A stretch of DNA of 42,011 nucleotides from an uncultured Bacteriovoracaceae bacterium (lineage in GTDB: Bacteria; Bdellovibrionota; Bacteriovoracia; Bacteriovoracales; Bacteriovoracaceae): contig CAXGUD010000033.1 in the NCBI GenBank assembly GCA_964012805.1, forward strand, positions 1 through 42,011, written 5' to 3'. Of this stretch, positions 35,214 through 42,011 are shown piece by piece; position 1 is the stretch's first letter; the number at the start of each line of letters is the position of its first letter. Below the pieces are notes generated by a model. The model worked only from the letters and a program-made list of their open reading frames with translations. It had not been told where the DNA came from and searched no databases. The position numbers and the translations under genes were made by a program.

Positions 35214-37382
35214 TCAATTTACTGGAGTAATTTTAACTCTTGTTGTCGTGAAAGCAGCATTTCCGGAGACCTCATCTCTCTCGAGGTCACTTGTCAAATC
35301 ATTTATGCTGACACCATGATTTTCTTTAGCAACCCTCAATCTAATTCCTTCTTTGTCATGGCCATACCCATGAGGTAATGAAACAACTCCTCTCAAAATA
35401 TCTTCAGAAACCTCAAGTGGGACCTCAATTGAACCTGTCTTTGAGGTAATTTTTACAATTTCTCCATCGCCCAATTTTCTTTTTTTGGCATCTTCAGGAT
35501 TCATAAGAAGTATACACCTATCTTTTCCCTTAATAAGCCTCTCTGAATTATGCATCCAAGAGTTATTGCTCCTAATATGACGTCTACCGATTAGATAAAG
35601 CTCATCATCTCCGATTTTCTTTTTCAAATATTTTTTCAGCCTTTTTTCATCTTTTAAAAGAATAAAGGGGGCTATATTTATTTTCTTTGAAGGTCTGTGA
35701 ATCCGCCAAGGTAAAACAGGCTTCAAAGGACCAAGGTCTAACCCATGAAGTTCTTTTTTAACTTTTTTCAAAGTCAGATTCATTTTAAATTTCTTTATAC
35801 CAAACATACCATAGGGGCCAGTTCTTAGCGCAAGATCTATTATCCTTTGGGATGTCATAAAGTCCCTTACTTTCTTTCTGAAAAAAGCCCTAATATTCTG
35901 AAAGATGTTTCCCTTTTCCATCCTCCATTGAAGTTCCTTTAAAATTTGTCCTTCTGTTAATGAACCTTTTTTTCTTAATAGTACCTGAGGACTAAATTTC
36001 GCCGTATTTCGAATGGCAAAGTTATTAAAAATTATGTCATAGTGGGGTGACTGTAAAAAATGTGTGGGAGGTAAAATTATATGCGAATGCCGGGTCGTTT
36101 CATTCATATAAAAGTCAACAGAGGCCATAAAGTCTAATTTCTTCAGATGACTTTCAAGAGTTTTTCCATTGGGCGTAGACAAAACAGGGTTACCTGCAAA
36201 AGTCATTAAAGACTTCACTTGTCCTTGTCCCATAGTTTTCATCTCAGTTATTAAAGTGGCCACAGGAAATTCACCACAGACCTCAGGTAAAAGCTCTACT
36301 CGGCTTTGGTACCTGTTATAACCTCCTGCTCCTACAAACTTATGCACATCAAAAGCAGGCAAGGGAAACATAGCGCCTCCCTCACTATCAAGGTTGCCTG
36401 TTAAAATATTGAAAGAATTAATAAGCCAATGGCATAGAGATCCAAAAGGTTGCGTAGACACACCAATTCTTCCATAACAGACTGCTTTTGGAAAAGCAGT
36501 GAAGTCAAAAAATAACTTTAATATGCTTTCTTCACTAATCCCCGTATGTTCAGAAACAAAGGCAGGATTATAATCCCGGACCATTTTTTCAACTTTTTCA
36601 ATTCTCCTGGTAAATTTAGATAACTTGCCCAACTTCACCCTGTCCTCTCGAAAAAGAAGGTGAAGAAGCCCCAAAAGAAGAACTGCATCAGTTCCAGGTT
36701 TAATATAGTAATGTTCACTTGCAACTTCCGAAGTCTCTGTGAACCGCGGGTCAATAACTACAACTTTTCCACCGCGGTCTTTTATATTTTTTAAATGATT
36801 AAAAATGTCTGGGGAAGTCATTAAACTTCCATTTGAAGCCATGGGATTCCCACCTAGGATTAAAAAATACTGTGTTCTCGAAATATCTGGAATGGGTATC
36901 ATTAGTTGGTGGCCGAACATAAAATGGGCCACGAGTTGATGAGGAATTTGATCCACGGTTGATGCCGAAAAACGGTTTTTGCTTCCTATAGACTTTATAA
37001 ACTGTGTCCCGTACAACATAGCGTCTAAATTGTGGACATTTGGATTGCCCCGATAAGTGGCAACGGCATCAGGGCCATACTTTTTAATTACCTTTTTCAA
37101 AGAAAAGGCAGTTCTATCTAAAGCTTCATCCCATGAAATTTCTGTCCAACTATCCTTTGATCTTTTCATGGGCCTTTTAATTCTATCAGGATCTTCATAA
37201 ACGTCCTTTAAACCAAAAGCCTTGGGGCAAAGATGTCCCTTCGAAAGAGGATCTTTTGGATCACCTTTCAGTGTTTGAATCTTATTTTGAAATACCTGAT
37301 ACTCAATTCCACAAATGGCTTCACAAAGGTTACATACACCAAATATATTTTTCTTCTTGGATAACTTTTTCTTTGCTTCCAA
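35214..37382 (-). CDS. Molybdopterin oxidoreductase (DMSO reductase superfamily) with N-terminal 4Fe-4S cluster
   Basis: CNLCEAICG...GHLCPK, VVIDPRFTET, GNPVLS, RSNNSWMHN, C-terminal dinucleotide-binding domain MNPEDA...GVVSLPHG. Confidence 0.92.
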   Translation of the reverse strand: MEAKKKLSKKKNIFGVCNLCEAICGIEYQVFQNKIQTLKGDPKDPLSKGHLCPKAFGLKDVYEDPDRIKRPMKRSKDSWTEISWDEALDRTAFSLKKVIKKYGPDAVATYRGNPNVHNLDAMLYGTQFIKSIGSKNRFSASTVDQIPHQLVAHFMFGHQLMIPIPDISRTQYFLILGGNPMASNGSLMTSPDIFNHLKNIKDRGGKVVVIDPRFTETSEVASEHYYIKPGTDAVLLLGLLHLLFREDRVKLGKLSKFTRRIEKVEKMVRDYNPAFVSEHTGISEESILKLFFDFTAFPKAVCYGRIGVSTQPFGSLCHWLINSFNILTGNLDSEGGAMFPLPAFDVHKFVGAGGYNRYQSRVELLPEVCGEFPVATLITEMKTMGQGQVKSLMTFAGNPVLSTPNGKTLESHLKKLDFMASVDFYMNETTRHSHIILPPTHFLQSPHYDIIFNNFAIRNTAKFSPQVLLRKKGSLTEGQILKELQWRMEKGNIFQNIRAFFRKKVRDFMTSQRIIDLALRTGPYGMFGIKKFKMNLTLKKVKKELHGLDLGPLKPVLPWRIHRPSKKINIAPFILLKDEKRLKKYLKKKIGDDELYLIGRRHIRSNNSWMHNSERLIKGKDRCILLMNPEDAKKRKLGDGEIVKITSKTGSIEVPLEVSEDILRGVVSLPHGYGHDKEGIRLRVAKENHGVSINDLTSDLERDEVSGNAAFTTTRVKITPVN

Positions 37383-37518
37383 ATTTTCCTCTTTGCTTAT
37401 CTATAATTTCGAAAAGCGGCCGTTTAAGCTTATTAAATTTTTTTTTTAAGGTATAATATAGCATTCAATAAGTTATCTGAAAAAGGTGTTAAATAAAATA
37501 AATAGCTCGGTGGGAAAT

Positions 37519-39201
37519 ATGGAAAGAAAGTGGTACCAATCATACGATAAAGAAGTAAAAAAAGAGGTAGATCTAGACAAATATCAGAATCTTCCGCATT
37601 TATTTGATGAAATATTTCAAAAATTCCCAGAAAAAGATGCCTTTATCAGTATGAATCATGCCATGACCTTTCGTGAGACTGATGAACAAAGTAATAGACT
37701 TGCCAATTACCTTACAAATGAGCTCAAGTTAAATAAAGGCGACCGTGTTGCTATAATGATGCCCAATTGCCTCCAATATCCTCTCTGCCTTTTTGCTATT
37801 TTAAAAGCAGGTCTTGTTGTTGTTAATGTAAACCCCCTCTACACACCTAGAGAATTGGAATACCAACTTAATGATGCTGGAGTAAGGGCCATTTTCGCCT
37901 GGGAACCGGCCATGAAAACACTTGAAACCTGTCTTTCAAAAACGGCCGTAGAACATGTCATTTGCACAAAACTAGGTGACCTTCTTCCCTTTCCAAAAGG
38001 TTTTATTATAAATAGTGCTATCAAATATATAAAAAAAATGGTCCCAAAATGGAATATCCCTAACGTTATTTGGTTTAAAGACACTCTTAAAAATACGAGC
38101 CCACAATTTGAACGACCTTCTATTTCTCAAGATTGTAATGCTTTTCTTCAATATACGGGTGGTACAACTGGAGTTTCCAAGGGCGCAATACTTACCCATA
38201 GAAATATTATTGCTAATATCCAACAAAGTCTCAATTGGTACGAGTTTAAAGCTGAAGTAGGTAAAGAAATCGTTATCAATGCACTCCCTCTCAGTCATAT
38301 CTTTTCCCTTGTTGCAATTTGCTTTTGTACACTGATCATTGGGGGAGTCAACGTTCTTATTACAAACCCAAGAGACATCGGTACTTTTGTTGGAGTCTTA
38401 ACAAAAATAAAATTCACAAATTTATCAGGGGTCAACACCCTTTTTAAGAAAATAATGGACCACCCGAACTTTTCAAAAATTGATACAAGTGAACTCAAAT
38501 ATTGTGTCAGTGGTGGAATGGCCACCGAAGAAGCTGTCGCAAAAAGGTGGGAAAAACATACAGGGACAATTCTCTTGGAGGGTTACGGGCTTACTGAATG
38601 CTCCCCCACCGTTCTTTTTAACCCTATCAATAATAAAGAATTTACGGGAATGACGGGTCTTCCCCTTCCTGAAACGGATGTTCAAATAAGAGATGAAAAA
38701 GGTGCTGAGCTACCAGAAGGAGAAATAGGAGAAATCTGCGTTCATGGCCCTCAAGTCATGAAAGGCTATTGGAATCACGAAGAAGAAACTAAAAAAGTTT
38801 TCCACGAAGACGGGTATTTACGAACAGGTGATATGGCCTATATGGATTCACGGGGCTATGTAAAAATAGTCGATAGAGGCAAAGATATGATCCTAGTCTC
38901 TGGTTTTAATGTTTATCCAACGGAGCTTGAAAATGTTATTACAAAACACCCAAAGGTTTTTGAGGCCGCTGCAATAGGTGTACCCGATGAAACGACAGGC
39001 GAGGCGATTAAACTTATTGTTGTCAAGCATGATGAAGACCTAACAGAAGAAGAGCTGAGGGCATTTTGCAAAGAAAATCTAACGAATTATAAGATTCCAA
39101 AAATTGTTGAGTTTAGAAAAGAAGAACTTCCCAAAACACCTGTTGGTAAAATTTTAAAGAGGGCCTTAAGAGAAGAGGAAGAAAAAAAGAGGAAAGGCTA
39201 A
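37519..39201 (+). CDS. fadD: Long-chain fatty acid-CoA ligase
   Basis: LQYTGGTTGVSKGAILTH, EGYGLTECSP, GPQVMKGYW, LRTGD, KDMILVSGFNVYP, PKTPVGKIL; ATG at 37519 preferred over GTG at 37486. Confidence 0.93.
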   Translation: MERKWYQSYDKEVKKEVDLDKYQNLPHLFDEIFQKFPEKDAFISMNHAMTFRETDEQSNRLANYLTNELKLNKGDRVAIMMPNCLQYPLCLFAILKAGLVVVNVNPLYTPRELEYQLNDAGVRAIFAWEPAMKTLETCLSKTAVEHVICTKLGDLLPFPKGFIINSAIKYIKKMVPKWNIPNVIWFKDTLKNTSPQFERPSISQDCNAFLQYTGGTTGVSKGAILTHRNIIANIQQSLNWYEFKAEVGKEIVINALPLSHIFSLVAICFCTLIIGGVNVLITNPRDIGTFVGVLTKIKFTNLSGVNTLFKKIMDHPNFSKIDTSELKYCVSGGMATEEAVAKRWEKHTGTILLEGYGLTECSPTVLFNPINNKEFTGMTGLPLPETDVQIRDEKGAELPEGEIGEICVHGPQVMKGYWNHEEETKKVFHEDGYLRTGDMAYMDSRGYVKIVDRGKDMILVSGFNVYPTELENVITKHPKVFEAAAIGVPDETTGEAIKLIVVKHDEDLTEEELRAFCKENLTNYKIPKIVEFRKEELPKTPVGKILKRALREEEEKKRKG

Positions 39202-39237
39202 AAAGAATCAAAATTACAATTTATACAAAGATGATTT

Positions 39238-40326
39238 ATGAATAGTAAAAAAGAAAGAGTTCTTGTTACAGGCGCAACTGGATATATCGCAAGCCATGTT
39301 ATTAAAAATTTGCTCGAAAAAAACTACACAGTTAGAGGAACAGTAAGAAGCCTTAAAAACAAAAAATGCGAAGATTTGAAAAAAGATAATATTTTTGGAC
39401 TCATTGGTCACAAAATAGAACTTGTCGAAGCAAATTTAGATAAAGATGAAGGTTGGAAAGAAGCGCTTTCAGATTGTGACTATTTGATTCATATGGCATC
39501 TCCAGTTCCTAAGGGAGATAGCTATTTTAATGATACTTCAATTGTTGAAACAGCACTTAATGGAACAAGGTCAGTTTTAGAAGCGGCAAGCGGTGTCGTT
39601 AAAAAGGTCGTTATGACGTCTTCGTCAGCGGCCATTATGTTCCCAGAGGGAACCATGAACGACTCATTTAATTTCAAAGCTCCTCCTATTACAGAGGAAA
39701 CATGGAGTAAGATAGAAGGAACTTTAAAAACAATTGGAGCTTACCCAGTTTCTAAAACAAAGGCAGAGCTCTTTGCTTGGGATTTTTACAAATCACAAAA
39801 AGGTAAAGAGGCTTTTAACCTTACGACAATTAACCCAACAGTTGTCATTGGGCCTCTTCTATCCCCAAAAATAAGGGCCTTGAGTTTATCTTTTCCTTAC
39901 TTTGCAGTATCAGGAAAAATAGGATCTTTACCAAAAAGAAAAATACCCCTTCCCTATGTGGATGTTAGAGATGTGGCCTCCGCTCATGTTGAGTCACTTA
40001 AAAACCCTAAAACAAATGGAGAGCGTTACATTCTTCATAATGGATATTATGATCTGGCAGACTCTTTACAAGAATTGAAGGAGGAATTTCTACCTTTGAG
40101 TAAAAAGTGGCCCAAACATGATACGCCAACTTTTATTTTTCACTTATTATCTCTCTTTAGAGAGGATGCTAAAATGTTGACTAGCTTCATGGGGCCTGCT
40201 CATGGCAAGGTAAGAGAAATTATATCGACAAAAGTTACTGAGCACCTAGGCTTTGATTATAGAACTATGGAAGAGTCTTTAAGAGATACCATTAATTCTT
40301 TTAAGCTACATGGAATGATTCAATAG
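39238..40326 (+). CDS. Extended SDR, NAD(P)-dependent aldehyde reductase/dihydroflavonol reductase-like
   Basis: VTGATGYIA, HMASP, MTSSSAA, YPVSK, INPTVVIGP, VDVRDVA. Confidence 0.9.
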   Translation: MNSKKERVLVTGATGYIASHVIKNLLEKNYTVRGTVRSLKNKKCEDLKKDNIFGLIGHKIELVEANLDKDEGWKEALSDCDYLIHMASPVPKGDSYFNDTSIVETALNGTRSVLEAASGVVKKVVMTSSSAAIMFPEGTMNDSFNFKAPPITEETWSKIEGTLKTIGAYPVSKTKAELFAWDFYKSQKGKEAFNLTTINPTVVIGPLLSPKIRALSLSFPYFAVSGKIGSLPKRKIPLPYVDVRDVASAHVESLKNPKTNGERYILHNGYYDLADSLQELKEEFLPLSKKWPKHDTPTFIFHLLSLFREDAKMLTSFMGPAHGKVREIISTKVTEHLGFDYRTMEESLRDTINSFKLHGMIQ

Positions 40327-40330
40327 TTTT

Positions 40331-41161
40331 TTAGGATTTATTAGATGGTTTAGAAATAACCAAAAGGGTTTTTAAGAGCCCTTTGGCCCTCCAAAAGGTT
40401 GCCTTAGCATACCCCGGCATATGAACCAAATTCATAAATGAATCAATCGTTGGATACTCCATTATAGCAAGCTGATTCCACTCATCTTCAGTATCATTTA
40501 TAACCCGACCTATAAAAGCAAGCCTTCCACCCAAAAAGATGACTCCTCTCAAAGCTACAAGGCCATACTTCTGATAATCTTTAAAACCTTGTTTTCCTTT
40601 AAAGGAAAGAAAATTAATCATATGATATGGACCTTCTAGCTTACTATCTTTAAAGGAATTTATCTGATCAAGCCGTGGGTTAATTCCACCAAAGTTCTCA
40701 AAGTCATTTTTTTTCTGGCCTTTAAATTTGGAAAATGGGATTAATTTTCCAAGGGCTTTAAAAATCACAATTAAAAGTTTTAAAACTTTTGGCAATGGTC
40801 GCTCTTTTAAAACCATTATTTCAAGCTTATCACCATTATTTTTAAAAAATTCTTGTAATTTATTTAATATAGGAGATTCCAAAAAATTAATCAAATCATT
40901 CGTATCGGTAAATCTTAAAAGACAAGCTTTATCAAATGGAAGATCACCTTCGCCAATGAATAAATGTTTAGAGTCAGCTTTCCAGAATAAATCAAAAAGA
41001 AGTCTATTACTTTTTTTCTCAATTTCTTCTTTTAGCATTTTTTCAACCATGAAACGGTTCTTTTGATCATAACTTTTCCAAAAGAGGCCACAGACATTGG
41101 CCCTTTCCTTTTTTAAATTGTCGACTTGAAATCGTTTTTTTTCATTTTTAACAAAGACCAT
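40331..41161 (-). CDS. DUF1330-like (dimeric alpha/beta barrel) protein
   Basis: C-terminal MINFLSF...YQKYG...GGR...WNQLAIMEYP...F...Y...RAKGL; degenerate similar segment in the N-terminal half. Confidence 0.65.
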   Translation of the reverse strand: MVFVKNEKKRFQVDNLKKERANVCGLFWKSYDQKNRFMVEKMLKEEIEKKSNRLLFDLFWKADSKHLFIGEGDLPFDKACLLRFTDTNDLINFLESPILNKLQEFFKNNGDKLEIMVLKERPLPKVLKLLIVIFKALGKLIPFSKFKGQKKNDFENFGGINPRLDQINSFKDSKLEGPYHMINFLSFKGKQGFKDYQKYGLVALRGVIFLGGRLAFIGRVINDTEDEWNQLAIMEYPTIDSFMNLVHMPGYAKATFWRAKGLLKTLLVISKPSNKS

Positions 41162-41238
41162 GATAAACCTAGGTTGAGATTTTAATTTTGTACTATATTA
41201 TAAAAGGAAATATAGTTTAATTTAAATAGGGTTTTTAA

Positions 41239-42011
41239 ATGTCTACAAGAGATAGATTAAGAGGAAAAATTATAAATTTCATTTTAAGCGAAAAGGTAGA
41301 AAATAGCACAGAACTCCTCCATCGGTATATAAATTTGAAAAAAGAAAAAATTCATTTTTATTATAACTTAGGGGATTTTCATGGCTACCTCCTTTTAACT
41401 CTCCTGCAAAATTTTAAAGATCATTGCGGTTTAGAAATAAAAATTATTCTAATCCCAGGTCCAAAAGGTGAATTCGATTTAGTTCCAAAATTAAAAAATG
41501 AGTGGTCTTTTAGGGATTCCAAACTTTTATCTTCTTTTTGGGATCTTGATAATAATATTTTAGAAAAAATCAACGAAAAGCCTATTTTAAGTGGTGATGA
41601 TCTTAAATTAGCTGAAAGGGTTGCAATTCAGATTATTAAAAAGGAAAAGGGGCATAACGTTCTAAAGTTAGTAAAAAGTATAAATGATGCTTTATTTACT
41701 AATAACATAAGTGATCTTAAAAAAATTCAAAAAAAATATGGTCTAGTAGATGAACAATTTAGAGTTAAGCATTTAAACATAAACCAAAGTGATCAAAGTA
41801 AAAAAGGACATTATCAAAGTGGTGTCCTTTTTTATAATGGTTTATGGTACTGGGGTATAGACCGCTTTCTTTTTCTAGAAAAAAGGCTTAAAAAGAGGTC
41901 CCTCTATGAAGGGAGTATCCTCAAAGAAAAAAAAGTCACTTTTCAAAAAGAAAAATCATTAATATTAAAAAGCAAATCGAAAAAATTAGATTTTTACTTT
42001 TCTTTTAGGAG
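41239..42011 (+). CDS. DsbA/HCCA-isomerase (GST kappa)-like tandem-domain protein, 3'-truncated by the window edge
   Basis: Not in the ORF track; manual translation MSTRDRLRGK...IHFYYNLGDFHGYLL...GHYQSGVLFYNGLWYWGIDRFLFLEKRL...LDFYFSFR stays open to the edge. Confidence 0.75.
   Translation, partial: MSTRDRLRGKIINFILSEKVENSTELLHRYINLKKEKIHFYYNLGDFHGYLLLTLLQNFKDHCGLEIKIILIPGPKGEFDLVPKLKNEWSFRDSKLLSSFWDLDNNILEKINEKPILSGDDLKLAERVAIQIIKKEKGHNVLKLVKSINDALFTNNISDLKKIQKKYGLVDEQFRVKHLNINQSDQSKKGHYQSGVLFYNGLWYWGIDRFLFLEKRLKKRSLYEGSILKEKKVTFQKEKSLILKSKSKKLDFYFSFR

Noticed and set aside
35186..35214. T-rich tract between the SBP and molybdoenzyme genes
   Set aside because: No preceding stem; reads as an A-rich leader on the coding strand
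37839..41066. Short antisense ORFs over fadD, the SDR and the DUF1330-like gene
   Set aside because: Shadow ORFs of strongly supported genes
1..42011. Mobile elements, prophage, anti-phage defence genes, CRISPR, tRNA/rRNA
   Set aside because: No integrase, transposase, nuclease, cas or structural RNA signature recognised by eye; highly diverged examples among the hypotheticals cannot be excluded

Overview
Gene-dense, AT-rich bacterial chromosomal segment with about 37 supportable CDS. I recognised no rRNA, tRNA, CRISPR array, IS element or prophage gene. The gene content (secreted proteases and lipases, a FecR-domain protein with an RxPAS motif, a CheW-less CheA-like kinase, a 7TM-DISM kinase) suggests a Bdellovibrionota/Bacteriovoracia-like organism; this is inference only. 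Best candidate for an undescribed system: a six-gene coupled operon at 5892-14275 encoding a STAS protein lacking the usual phospho-Ser motif, a TolC-family channel, an adaptor with no alpha-helical hairpin, an intact RND pump, a PII-like protein and a second, highly diverged RND subunit without proton-relay residues. Second candidate: a GH3 acyl-adenylating enzyme + Rieske oxygenase + GNAT/NMT-like operon at 740-4618. Also notable: a class II aldolase with a microcompartment-type encapsulation peptide but no shell genes nearby, a putative secreted clan-CD cysteine protease next to an acidic S1 protease lipoprotein, a 14% Trp stand-alone AsnC/RAM-like protein and an orphan ParB-like protein. 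All family calls come from motifs recognised by eye; no database searches were run.
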